A DNA stretch of 63,963 nt, filler included, from an uncultured archaeon (lineage in GTDB: Archaea > Iainarchaeota > Iainarchaeia > Iainarchaeales > 1-14-0-10-31-34): NCBI GenBank assembly GCA_964442255.1. It is 3 parts of 3 records of this genome, joined end to end, with 100 filler letters (N's around TTAATTAATTAA, not from the genome) between each part and the next. Parts side by side here need not be neighbours in the genome. Positions count along the whole stretch, not along the records: positions 1 to 28,579 come from CAYTYC010000015.1; 2 more parts are not named here. One strand, 5' to 3'. The translations under genes were made by a program, and so were the position numbers. Of the stretch, positions 17,167 to 26,521 are shown one piece after another. The number at the start of each line of letters is the position of its first letter. Position 1 is the stretch's first letter. A model generated the notes under the pieces. The model worked only from the letters and a program-made list of their open reading frames with translations. It made no database searches and was not told the DNA's origin.

Positions 17167-18192
17167 TCAAGTCCACCTCCCAAGCGTTGACTGCTCCCCT
17201 TTTTCGTCCAGTTTTTTTTGGAGCCTGTTTAACGCGTTTTCCACGCGTTCAGCGGAAAAGTCGTGCTCTTCGCACAAAAATTCCCTGACTTTTTCCCTGT
17301 CAACGGAAGAAAAATCCATTCTGTAATCCTTATCAAAAGAAGGGTTCAAAAAGATTTCCTCTATTTTGCGGTAATCGAATTCCGGCTCATGCCGGGTTTC
17401 CTTCACAATTTCCTCAAAGGAGTCATGTGACTTCACCAGGTTGAGCGCGGTTTTCGGCCCGACTTTCGGAAACTTTTTGTTGAAGTCCGTTCCGATTAAA
17501 ATTCCGAGCCATACCAGTTTTTTCCTGTCGATTTCCAGTTTTTCCAGGGTTTTTTTGAGTTCAATTCTTTCGGGCTCAACGTCAACGTAAAAGTCTTTTC
17601 CGGGAACCTTTCTTTTTCCGCTTACTGTGATGTTCCGCAAAAGAATTGGCGTGCCAAACAAAAGCGCGTCAAAATCCTGGCTCACGCACCCGTACAAGTC
17701 TCCTTTTTCAACCATTTTCGCTATCTGCGCTTCGCCTTCCCCGGGCGCATTGACTACAGGCAAACCCATGTGCTTTGCGAGTTCCTGCGCCTCCTTTATC
17801 ATTTCCTCCGTGAGCACGGATGCCTGCTGCGCAAACTTTTTTGCCTCCGCATCTTTTCCCTCTTTTTTTGCTTTCTCGAATTTTTCTTTTGCGTCAGTCC
17901 TTATTCTTTTCCTTTCCGCCCGGGTTTCTTCCTTGAGTTTGCTTGGCTTTCCGTCAAAAACGAAAACCGTTTTGACGTCTTTTTGGATTAAATTTATTGT
18001 GCGGTAGAATAACCCGGTTAAATGTGAGGTAATCCTTCCCCGGGAGTCAGTTAACGGCGTTCCGTCCTGCCCGCGGATTGAGGAAAGGAACTGGTAAAGG
18101 ATGTTGAATGAATCCACGCCCACTTTTTTTGCGGTTAAGGCGTCAAGTGGAATGGCCTCTTTTTCAACCAGTTTGCCTATCGCCGTGCCCAT
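17167..18192 (-). CDS. fen: Flap endonuclease 1
   Basis: YQFLSSIR-DGTPL, GEGEAQ, SQDFDALLFG, GTDFN, C-terminal PIP box QSTLGRW. Confidence 0.97.
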   Translation of the reverse strand: MGTAIGKLVEKEAIPLDALTAKKVGVDSFNILYQFLSSIRGQDGTPLTDSRGRITSHLTGLFYRTINLIQKDVKTVFVFDGKPSKLKEETRAERKRIRTDAKEKFEKAKKEGKDAEAKKFAQQASVLTEEMIKEAQELAKHMGLPVVNAPGEGEAQIAKMVEKGDLYGCVSQDFDALLFGTPILLRNITVSGKRKVPGKDFYVDVEPERIELKKTLEKLEIDRKKLVWLGILIGTDFNKKFPKVGPKTALNLVKSHDSFEEIVKETRHEPEFDYRKIEEIFLNPSFDKDYRMDFSSVDREKVREFLCEEHDFSAERVENALNRLQKKLDEKGEQSTLGRWT

Positions 18193-18459
18193 TTTTTTCC
18201 CCCAAAAAATTTGGTTCAAAGGAATTAAAAAAACTCGGCAGGGAAACATTTAAATAGAACATAAGCAACAATATATACGTCAATAACCGAACTTAGCAAA
18301 GGTGAGCCTATCCCAATTCTCTTCTAAGTTCGACCAACTCTTTGGCGGAAGGAAAGGATTCCTTTCCTTCTCCTAATTCCTTTTTTTGGCTTAAAATCTG
18401 CTTTCAATCCGCTGCGGAAAAAAATACCCTTTAAAACCATTTTTAAAGTAAGTTTTTTC

Positions 18460-18846
18460 ATGGAGTGCGAAGTCTGCGGCCGGCAGACCGCAAAACTGAA
18501 CATAATCCTGATCAACGGAGTTGAGTACAGGGTGTGCCGGGGATGCAGGGGCCTTGAGCAGAAGCAGAGGGACGAGATTCCAAAGGCAGTGCGCATGGAA
18601 AGGCCTGCCCCAAAAAAATCCTTCAGGGAGCCTTCTCTTGAAAACTACGATTTTGTGGACGAGTACGGAACAATTATACGCAAGGCAAGGGAAGCTAAAG
18701 GCCTGACTTTAAAGGAACTGGGAATGAAGCTCTACGAAAAGGAGTCCACCCTTAACCGGGTGGAAAACCAGAGAACATTTCCCGATGAAAGGCTTGCGCG
18801 CAAACTTGAAAAATTTTTTTCCATCAGGCTGTTTGAGCAGGGCTGA
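18460..18846 (+). CDS. Archaeal multiprotein bridging factor aMBF1
   Basis: CEVCG...VCRGC Zn ribbon plus Cro-HTH IRKAREAKGLT. Confidence 0.9.
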   Translation: MECEVCGRQTAKLNIILINGVEYRVCRGCRGLEQKQRDEIPKAVRMERPAPKKSFREPSLENYDFVDEYGTIIRKAREAKGLTLKELGMKLYEKESTLNRVENQRTFPDERLARKLEKFFSIRLFEQG

Positions 18847-18901
18847 GGCTCACAAAAAAATATCCTTATTAAATGCTTTGGTTTTCAATTTCTCTGGTTA
18901 A

Positions 18902-20338
18902 ATGGACGGAACAATTTTGGGCGGCCTGCTGAACAACTGGGCCGCAATTCTGCTGCTTTTCCTTGCGTTGAGCGCGGTGGTGACTTACGCGCTGAAAAAA
19001 GCCTTCAACGCGAAAACATTTTATGTTGCCTCAATGGTGAAAACCAAAAAAGCAAACAACTTGTTCAAAAAATTTTCCAGGCACAAAAAAATCATTTCCT
19101 TTGTTTCGGTTGCCGGGCTGATTATCGGTTTTGGCGCAATTGCAGTGGACTATTACTTCGGGAAAAGCCTTTCAAGGGGCAAAAGGCTGATGCTTTTCTT
19201 TTTTTCCGCCGCATTGTTGTACGCTTTTTTCAGCATTTTTTTTGGGGGATTGATGGCAAACAACCCGCTTTCCAGGGATTTGGCTGTGTGGTTTGGAATC
19301 GTTTTCGCGTTCACTGGTTCCGCGGGATTCGTTGTTTCCTCGCTTTTAATGCAGGCCGCTGACATTATCATTAAATTTTCGCAGGGAATAAGGCCCTGCC
19401 CGGGTGTTGCGCCCGTCATTCCCGGGGTTCAGGTGCCGAATGTCCCCATTTTCATTCCGGTTCATGCGTGGGTTTCAATCCTCATCATTCTTGTGGTGCA
19501 TGAAGGCTTCCACGGGATAACTGCCTTAAAGGAAAAAATCAGGCTCAAATCCTCCGGCCTGCTTTTGTTCGGCTTCCTGCCGATTGGCGCCTTTGTTGAA
19601 CCCAATGAAATTGGGCTTAAAAAATCCGGGCCAAAAAAACAGCTCAAGGTTTACAGTGCGGGGCCCGCCGCAAACATTTTTTCAATGGCTTTCTTTTTTC
19701 TGCTTATATTGTTCGGGTATTTTTTCTTTTTTATTCCCTTTGTTGCGCCGTGGGCGACTGCGATTGAAAAACAGGCTTACAGCGGAGTGAAGATTGTGCG
19801 CGTGGACCAGAATTTTTCCTTTTGCGGGGAATTCTATGAAAGCCCTTCTTACGGGGTATTGGACGCGAATTCGCGGATCCTTGCGGTGAATGGCGCGGAA
19901 ATTTCAACGCTTTCGGATTTTGAAAGGCAAATAATTTTCAACCGCGGCGACCCCCTTACGCTGAGGCTTGAATCTCCTTCAGGGGAAATAACCGAAAAAA
20001 CGGTTGCGCCCACGGAAATCGGGTGGCATGGGTTCACGGCGTCAAAAATACCCAACCCCGATTACGCCAAACCCCGGGAATTTGTTTTCTTTGAGGAAAC
20101 TGCGGCATTCCTTGACAGCTTTTTTGGGTGGCTGATTATTTTGAGTTTGTTGATTGCGTTAATCAATTTTCTTCCGGTTGAGCCCTTTGACGGCGGAAAA
20201 ATCGCGAAAATAATTTTTCCCTCCTACCTTGGCTTCTGGAATGCGCCGGCAAAAAGAAAGGAAAAAATTGTGGGCAGAATCTTTGTTTACTTCATTTTAA
20301 TTCTTGTAATCATTAATGCGTTGCCCTTATTTTTCTGA
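18902..20338 (+). CDS. Site-2 protease (M50) with PDZ-like insert
   Basis: HEGFH, GAFVEP, AGPAAN, NFLPVEPFDGG. Confidence 0.92.
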   Translation: MDGTILGGLLNNWAAILLLFLALSAVVTYALKKAFNAKTFYVASMVKTKKANNLFKKFSRHKKIISFVSVAGLIIGFGAIAVDYYFGKSLSRGKRLMLFFFSAALLYAFFSIFFGGLMANNPLSRDLAVWFGIVFAFTGSAGFVVSSLLMQAADIIIKFSQGIRPCPGVAPVIPGVQVPNVPIFIPVHAWVSILIILVVHEGFHGITALKEKIRLKSSGLLLFGFLPIGAFVEPNEIGLKKSGPKKQLKVYSAGPAANIFSMAFFFLLILFGYFFFFIPFVAPWATAIEKQAYSGVKIVRVDQNFSFCGEFYESPSYGVLDANSRILAVNGAEISTLSDFERQIIFNRGDPLTLRLESPSGEITEKTVAPTEIGWHGFTASKIPNPDYAKPREFVFFEETAAFLDSFFGWLIILSLLIALINFLPVEPFDGGKIAKIIFPSYLGFWNAPAKRKEKIVGRIFVYFILILVIINALPLFF

Positions 20339-20515
20339 TTTTTCGCCATTGCTTTCTTCGCCTTTTTCCGGAGCCATTCCAAGGTTCACCACGTACACGA
20401 GGAGAACTGCCAGCATCATAAGGAAGAAAAAGTTGTTCCATTCTGGCTTTTCCCAGAAGAAAACCGCCACAGCCAATAGAATCACAATAAGTGAAACAAA
20501 CACCACGGGCTTCAT
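20327..20515 (-). CDS. Small two-TM membrane protein
   Basis: Two hydrophobic segments; ATG start. Confidence 0.55.
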   Translation of the reverse strand: MKPVVFVSLIVILLAVAVFFWEKPEWNNFFFLMMLAVLLVYVVNLGMAPEKGEESNGEKSEK

Positions 20516-20549
20516 AGTACTTTAAATGGAAAGAAAAAATAAAAAAGGG

Positions 20550-20577
20550 AAGGCGGCAAAAAACCGCCTTTTTTTTT
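20550..20577. terminator. Hairpin with flanking T/A tracts after ftsZ
   Basis: AAGGCGG-CAAAAAA-CCGCCTT followed by poly-T. Confidence 0.45.
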
Positions 20578-20584
20578 GGGAAAT

Positions 20585-21670
20585 TTACTTTAATTCGTCT
20601 ATTCCGAGGTCGCCTCTTTTGGAGGAATAAGATTTGTTTGTGAGCTTGGCTTCCTCGTAGGCCGGCCCCCGTATGTAGGGGCTGTGGACTCCCGTGAAAA
20701 TGGTTATCACTTCAATTTTGTTTTCAAAGGTCGGGTCAACCCTTGAGCCCCAGATTACCTGCGCTTTCGGGTCAATTCTTTCAGTGAGGAGCTCGCCCAC
20801 TGCGTTTGCTTCCCCCAACGTCAGTTCCGGGCCTCCTGTGATGTGAATTAAGGCTCCGCTTGCCCCTGAAATGTCCACGTCAAGCAAGGCATTCTTTAAT
20901 GTGTCCTCCACTACCTCGTTCACTTTGTCCACTGACTTGCTTTCGCCCACGGCTATAACGCTTAATCCGTGGGTGCTCATTACCGCGCGAACGTCCGCGT
21001 AATCCAGGTTGATTAAGGAGGGCTGGGTGATTGTTTCCGTTATTCCGCGCACTGTTCTTGCAATCACTTCGTCCGCGACCTTGAATGCGTCCTGGATTGG
21101 AAGGTTTGGGACTAACTCCACCAATCTGTTGTTGTCAATCACAACAACCGTGTCGGTGTGCTTCCTTAGTTCCTCAATTCCTTCTTCGGCTTTTATGAGG
21201 CGGGCCTTTTCCAGTGCAAACGGGTATGTGACAATTCCAATCACAATTGCTCCCTGTTCTTTGGCTATTTCCGCGATTATCGGGCTTGCTCCTGTCCCTG
21301 TTCCTCCGCCCATTCCCGCGGAAATGAAGAGCATGTCAACTCCGCTTAAAACTTCCTCCAGGGCAGAGCGCGAAACTTCGGCGGCTTTTGCGCCAATTTC
21401 AGGGTATCCGCCTGCTCCAAGCCCGCGGGTAACGCTTTTTCCGACCAAAATCTTTGTCAACTCATCGTTTATCAGCGCGAGGTGCTGTTTGTCAGTGTTT
21501 ACCCCGACCAATTGTGCTCCTGAAACCCCCATTGAGGCAAGCCTGTTTACTGCATTGCATCCTGCCCCTCCTGCCCCGATAACCATTATTTTCGGGGTTC
21601 CGAATTCCTCTAATTTGTCTTCAACGCGGGTGGTTTTCTCCATCGCGTCTTCTACAATTGATTTTATCAA
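20585..21670 (-). CDS. ftsZ: Cell division protein FtsZ
   Basis: GAGGAGCN, GGGTGTG, NLDYAD. Confidence 0.97.
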   Translation of the reverse strand: MIKSIVEDAMEKTTRVEDKLEEFGTPKIMVIGAGGAGCNAVNRLASMGVSGAQLVGVNTDKQHLALINDELTKILVGKSVTRGLGAGGYPEIGAKAAEVSRSALEEVLSGVDMLFISAGMGGGTGTGASPIIAEIAKEQGAIVIGIVTYPFALEKARLIKAEEGIEELRKHTDTVVVIDNNRLVELVPNLPIQDAFKVADEVIARTVRGITETITQPSLINLDYADVRAVMSTHGLSVIAVGESKSVDKVNEVVEDTLKNALLDVDISGASGALIHITGGPELTLGEANAVGELLTERIDPKAQVIWGSRVDPTFENKIEVITIFTGVHSPYIRGPAYEEAKLTNKSYSSKRGDLGIDELK

Positions 21671-22039
21671 AAAATATCACCCCTTTTTAAAGATAAAAAT
21701 CAGTAATATTGGTGCAGACTTCCTTAATATAGGTTTGGTTTAAAAAATAAACCCAATTAAACGCTTTTATTGGAAAAAGGGGCTTAAAAAACGGATTAAA
21801 TGTTATGTATAGGTTTTGTGTTTTTTCTTTAAAACGCTACCATTGGCCAGATTAACCCCTTGTTTGGCCTAAAAAGGTTTTTTTCAGGCACTGGTTTTTC
21901 CTTAACACGGGCATTAAAAAGAAAAAAACCGTAGTTATGCCTTTTTTTTGGCTTTAACCAACTTTTATTCGTTTTAAATTAATTAGGGGCAATATTCTTT
22001 GTTTTTATGGGTTCCTAAATTATGTAGAAGCTGAAATTT

Positions 22040-22570
22040 CTAAGCTTTTCCGCGCGGTTTTTCGTTTTTTCCTGCTTGTTCCAGTATCCAGCCAACAAGT
22101 TCAGGCACTTTAATTGTGCAAAAAGGGAAACGTGCATCTTTGAATCCTTTGTTTTTAGCCCCCTTTCTGACTACTTCGTTTAGCCCTCCCACAACGGCGC
22201 TGAATGATCGTGTCTCTGCTAAGTTTTTCTCCGGCAAGCTGCGCTGACCTTCTATCACATGAGTCAAAAATAGTTTGGCATTCTCCGGTTTTACTTTAGT
22301 TCCGCTGATTGTTTTTACGCTGATTTCAAGCAAGGTTCTTAACTCCTGCACTGCTTGCAGATGCCCTTCTCTTCTTAGAATCGCAAGTTTTACTTCAATG
22401 GTTGGGTTCCGTGAAGACCTGACCCGTCTGCCTGGCCTGGCATTTAAAGAGGCAATCCTTGTTTTCCCGGATAATTCCAAGGGCTCTTTTTCCCGGATTA
22501 TTTTGCTTCTTTGCGATTCCCCCTGCCTTGTTCCCGGCCTTGTCTTCCTTTTGCAGGTTATTGCCTTCAC
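22040..22570 (-). CDS. Hypothetical protein with basic N-terminus
   Basis: 176-aa ORF with GTG start; no motif recognised. Confidence 0.55.
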   Translation of the reverse strand: MKAITCKRKTRPGTRQGESQRSKIIREKEPLELSGKTRIASLNARPGRRVRSSRNPTIEVKLAILRREGHLQAVQELRTLLEISVKTISGTKVKPENAKLFLTHVIEGQRSLPEKNLAETRSFSAVVGGLNEVVRKGAKNKGFKDARFPFCTIKVPELVGWILEQAGKNEKPRGKA

Positions 22571-22638
22571 TTAAACCATCTAATTTTATGCATGGAGCCT
22601 TTAAAAAGTTTTACCGCATGAATTTCTTACTGCATTAA

Positions 22639-22795
22639 GCCCCGGTAGCTTAGCGGTAGAGCAGNNNNNNNNNNNNNNNNNNNNNNNNNNNNNNNNNNNN
22701 NNNNNNNNNNNNNNNNNNNNNNNNNNNNNNNNNNNNNNNNNNNNNNNNNNNNNNNNNNNNNNNNCAGGTCAGCGGTTCAAATCCGCTCTGGGGCG
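22639..22795 (+). tRNA. tRNA with anticodon arm lost in a 100-N gap (possibly tRNA-Asn, possibly intron-containing)
   Basis: 5' GCCCCGGTAGCTTAGCGGTAGAGC and 3' CAGGTCAGCGGTTCAAATCCGCTCTGGGGCG. Identity is guessed only from the GCC start and G discriminator. Confidence 0.8.
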
Positions 22796-22831
22796 ATCGA
22801 TTCACTTAAGAAACCAAGTTGCTGAAAGATA
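22790..22831 (+). repeat. Repeat A (tRNA 3' end plus flank); second copy at 24362-24403
   Basis: GGGGCGATCGATTCACTTAAGAAACCAAGTTGCTGAAAGATA vs GGGGCGATCAGTTCACTTAGGAAACTGTGTTGCTAAAAGATA. Confidence 0.8.
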
Positions 22832-22832
22832 T

Positions 22833-24197
22833 CTATTTCAGGTCTTCTGCAGTTATCCCTGCTTTTTTCAGGGCACTCCTTGCAGTGTTTCTTGTTCCTT
22901 GTTGCGATAGCCTTACACCTGCGTGTTCTGAAACTTCCTTGATGCTTTTCCCTTCTGCAATCAAGCGGATTATTAGTTGGTCTCTTTTTGAAACCCCTGC
23001 GGTTTCCAATGCAGAAATTATTCTATTAAGTCCTAGTGATGCGTCAGTTTTGAGAGTTTCTTGAGCGGCAATTCGCTTTGAAACGCTTCTTCCAGTTTTC
23101 GGTACTTCAACTGATTTTTCCCTTCGGATTCTTGTGATTTCCCTGCGTATTTCACTTCTCAACCCCCCCTTTACTGCAGCGTAAATAAATGTGGTTATTT
23201 TCCCTCGTCGTGGGTCAAAATCGTCTAAGGCCTTAAAACATAAACCGTATGCCGTCTGGTGTATGTCCCTTAAATCAAGTTCTGGAAAAGATTTCAAATA
23301 GTTTTTTGCATAGCTTTTTGTTACGTCCCTAAGTGCCCCAATGTTGTCTATTAAAAGTCTGCGTTTTTCTTCGGCTGTGTGAATTCCTTGAATTCCTTGT
23401 TTTCGGTTTTCTTCAGCCACCTTTTTTCCGCTAACATCCAAGAATTCGTCAATGAATTTAATGTGCGTGAATCTGCCGTTCACTTCCCTGGAGATTTGAA
23501 GGTAAAGTGCCCTCCTGTCCCTGAACTCATGCTTTCTTTTTTTTAGCAGTCTGATCAGAGAGTTCCTTTCTTCAACGGAATATATCGATGAAATTATCCT
23601 AATCGCTTGGTTCCGTTCTTTGGTTCTGCACCCTTGTTTAGCATTTAACTCAAAAACTGTTTGGTAACCTATCCCAACAGTTTTCCGAATTTCCTCAAAA
23701 TTCAAGAGGCTTTTTCTCAACAAATCCAAAGCCCTGGTGCGTACTTTGATTGGGAGCCTTGAAAGTTTTCCCCTGACAACTCCCTTTCTGCTGTGCCCCT
23801 TAAACAACTCATTGTATCTTTTGCTCACTACATGAGGGCTTACGTTGTGGCCTTGTGCTGAGAGTCTTTCAGCGATTTGTGCATTTGTTGGAAGGAGTTT
23901 TCTCCCCCTTTCCTTGAGAACAGAGTCAACCAGTGCCACTATTTCTTTTGGTGCCCCCCTCCTTTGCGCCTCTGCCTTAATTGCCTCTTTGGCGATTGCG
24001 GCTTCTTCTTTTTTGGTTCTGGCGCCTGTTTCTCTTACTATCCTGGTTATGGCGGGGCAGCTGACTCCAGTAAGCCTTGAAATCTTTGACTTAGAATCCC
24101 TTGAACCCGCTAGTTCACTGTAAACAACAAACCTGACTTCAGGCGGAAGCCCTCCGGTCCTTTTCCTCTTAATGGCTTTCCTTTTTCCAGGCATCAA
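22833..24197 (-). CDS. Multi-HTH protein with C-terminal sigma-70 region 2 and region 4-like domains
   Basis: LLIDNIGAL...DIHQTAYGLCFKALDDFDPRRGKITTFIY (r2-like); VSKRDQLIIRLIAEGKSIKEVSEHAG (r4-like). Confidence 0.7.
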   Translation of the reverse strand: MMPGKRKAIKRKRTGGLPPEVRFVVYSELAGSRDSKSKISRLTGVSCPAITRIVRETGARTKKEEAAIAKEAIKAEAQRRGAPKEIVALVDSVLKERGRKLLPTNAQIAERLSAQGHNVSPHVVSKRYNELFKGHSRKGVVRGKLSRLPIKVRTRALDLLRKSLLNFEEIRKTVGIGYQTVFELNAKQGCRTKERNQAIRIISSIYSVEERNSLIRLLKKRKHEFRDRRALYLQISREVNGRFTHIKFIDEFLDVSGKKVAEENRKQGIQGIHTAEEKRRLLIDNIGALRDVTKSYAKNYLKSFPELDLRDIHQTAYGLCFKALDDFDPRRGKITTFIYAAVKGGLRSEIRREITRIRREKSVEVPKTGRSVSKRIAAQETLKTDASLGLNRIISALETAGVSKRDQLIIRLIAEGKSIKEVSEHAGVRLSQQGTRNTARSALKKAGITAEDLK

Positions 24198-24322
24198 AAG
24201 AATTAAGCATTTGCTTGAATATTAACATTTCGTCGAAGTTAGCAGGGAGTTTAGCAGCAAAAATTAGCCCTGCTTCAAAAAAACCTGAAAAATTAAGCCA
24301 AGAATTCCGCCTTAAAACCGTT

Positions 24323-24355
24323 GAAAGCCGTTGAATGTTACTTTGCATTCAGGTT
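24323..24355 (+). repeat. Repeat B; second copy at 26041-26073
   Basis: GAAAGCCGTTGAATGTTACTTTGC(A/G)TTCAGGTT, one mismatch. Confidence 0.85.
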
Positions 24356-24431
24356 CGTTCCGGGGCGATCAGTTCACTTAGGAAACTGTGTTGCTAAAAG
24401 ATACTGCGAATCGGGGAGTTACTTGGAGCTA

Positions 24432-24578
24432 TTAACCAATAACTGGTTTGACTGGTTCTGTTGGCTTTGATTTGCATGTGCCGTTAGTTTGACAGCTCAT
24501 TCCGGTTGGACAGCCGCATGCCTGGCAGTCTGAAACCAATGTTCCATTGTCACAGTATGTTGGCTTGTTTTTATCAGC
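24432..24578 (-). pseudogene. 3' remnant of a Cys-rich (surface-protein-like) gene
   Basis: Manual translation NKPTYCDNGTLVSDCQACGCPTGMSCQTNGTCKSKPTEPVKPVIG*; no 5' part. Confidence 0.65.
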
Positions 24579-24619
24579 CTAACTGGGACGAAATAGTTGC
24601 GTGGTTTTTTTTGGCGGTT

Positions 24620-25843
24620 TTAAGCGTATTTCAGTTTTTGGTTTGTTTGCTTTAGTGAATGCAGTGCCAGTTGTTTCATGAATAATTCGAAGTGTTTGTC
24701 GTTTCTTTTCTTTGAAAGCTTGGTTAAGCCCATGTATTGTTCAATGAAGCCCGCGGGAAAAGCTATTAAAGGAAGACCTTTCGCTATCAGGGTGTGCGCA
24801 AAGGTTGCTCTTGCGGTTCTTGAGTTTCCGTCAACAAAGGGGTGGATTCTCTGGAATTCGCTGTGCAAATAGGAAGCCAGTTCGATTGCTTCAAATGATT
24901 TCAATTTTTTGGAAATGTTTTCCGAATAAAAGGTAAACAAGTCATTCAGTTTTGCTGGAACTTCTCTCCAGTCAGCTGTCTTAAAGTCAGGGTTTCCCTT
25001 TATTTTCACGTTTTGTTTTCTTATTGTTCCGGCCCCTTTTTTAAGGGAATTCATTGCAATTCCATGGAACAGCAAAACTATTTTCAAATCCAAGGCAGTT
25101 TTGTCGGCAATTAAGCTGTCCAAGGCCTTCTTGTAATCCATTGTTTCCTGCAGTTCCCTGAATGTAGCCGTTTTCGGGGGAATGTTTTCTTTAATCAGGC
25201 GCTCTGTTTCAGGCAAAGTTAAAGTGTTTCCTTCAAGTGAAAGGCTCCTGTGAATAAACCTGACTTCATCATCAATGCTAACCTGCTTTGACGACTTTTT
25301 AAAGACAGAAAATTCCTTTTCAACCAGTGAATTCAGCTTTTCTTCGTTGACTTCCTCAAAGATTTTGCCGCATCCCAACTTCACTTTTGGTTTGAATAAT
25401 TCCACCACGTTCTCCAGAAAAGAGGAATAAACGATTCTTGCAGTGAAAGGCTTTTTGGATTCAATTAAAATAAAGCCGTGTTTTGACAAAAAAGCTGCAA
25501 TCCTTGAAATTGTTTTGTTGTCAAAAGGTAAACCAGTTAAAAGCTTATTTTTCAAGCCCAATTCAATGAATTCTACTGTTTTCTCCATGAACAATTCATT
25601 GTACGAAATGCGGTTTCTGAAACAGAAGTCAATTGTTCCAACGAATTTTTTTGCCTCATCAGTTTCTCTAAGAAAGAACTTCTTTTGCCTGGCTTCAATC
25701 AGGCCATCTTCTTCCAGCTGTTTCAGGTGCTTGTAAAACTTGCCATACTCAAGCTGCGTCTTGCCCAATTTTTTGACCAGTTGCGAAGCAGTCAATCCCC
25801 CATTAAGAAAAACAGAGTAAAGCAAGTCATATTTTGAAACCAT
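24620..25843 (-). CDS. Fic family protein with N-terminal winged-helix
   Basis: HPFVDGNSRTAR, SLSLEGN. Confidence 0.92.
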   Translation of the reverse strand: MVSKYDLLYSVFLNGGLTASQLVKKLGKTQLEYGKFYKHLKQLEEDGLIEARQKKFFLRETDEAKKFVGTIDFCFRNRISYNELFMEKTVEFIELGLKNKLLTGLPFDNKTISRIAAFLSKHGFILIESKKPFTARIVYSSFLENVVELFKPKVKLGCGKIFEEVNEEKLNSLVEKEFSVFKKSSKQVSIDDEVRFIHRSLSLEGNTLTLPETERLIKENIPPKTATFRELQETMDYKKALDSLIADKTALDLKIVLLFHGIAMNSLKKGAGTIRKQNVKIKGNPDFKTADWREVPAKLNDLFTFYSENISKKLKSFEAIELASYLHSEFQRIHPFVDGNSRTARATFAHTLIAKGLPLIAFPAGFIEQYMGLTKLSKKRNDKHFELFMKQLALHSLKQTNQKLKYA

Positions 25844-26122
25844 GTACCAAAATATAAGCCAAAAACCATAAAAACGTTCCTATTAAGGATACAAATTCCA
25901 TATTTTATGGAAGTTTAGCCCTATTTAGGACTAACAATAAGACCGCCCATGTTTTAAGGGATTTTTCAGGCGACCACCTTTTTACGTTTGCCCCTAAACT
26001 CTGGCCTTAAAAATCACCCAAATCCACACTCAAATCCGTGGAAAGCCGTTGAATGTTACTTTGCGTTCAGGTTTGCCCTTCTGCAAAAAATTAAATAATT
26101 CAAAAACTTACTCTTATCTGAA

Positions 26123-26500
26123 ATGCCCCGTTACCCCAATATTTCCGGCACCCCTGACAGGGTTGATTCAGAGGGAAACAGGCTTTGCAGGAACTGCGAC
26201 AATTTGGTTGCAAAGGGAAGGCAGCATTATTGCTCGGAAAAATGCATGGACGAATTCTTCCGCAACAACACCTGGCATTACGTGAGAATGGACGTTTTGA
26301 AGAGGGACAGGTACAGGTGCAGCAGCTGCAACCAACGGTTCAGGAAAAAAGAATTGGACGTGGACCACATTATTCCGGTTAAAATGGGCGGAAGCCTGTT
26401 CAATAAATCCAATTTGAGGACCTTGTGCAGAAAATGCCATAAAAGAAAAAACCGGCAGGATATTGCGGCTCTGGAAAGATTAAAAAACCCAAAGAATTAA
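26123..26500 (+). CDS. HNH endonuclease
   Basis: RDRYRCSSC, DVDHIIP, NLRTLCRKCH. Confidence 0.9.
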   Translation: MPRYPNISGTPDRVDSEGNRLCRNCDNLVAKGRQHYCSEKCMDEFFRNNTWHYVRMDVLKRDRYRCSSCNQRFRKKELDVDHIIPVKMGGSLFNKSNLRTLCRKCHKRKNRQDIAALERLKNPKN

Positions 26501-26521
26501 CCGGAAAGCATTGAATCTTCT

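Noticed and set aside
21009..21743. Long antisense or alternate-frame ORFs (e.g. 21009-21743, 43302-44045, 50391-51140, 58221-58904, 6958-7353)
   Set aside because: Shadow frames of well-supported genes with no recognisable motifs.
21671..22039. Replication origin in the AT-rich spacer upstream of ftsZ
   Set aside because: No recognisable ORB repeats and no adjacent orc1/cdc6.
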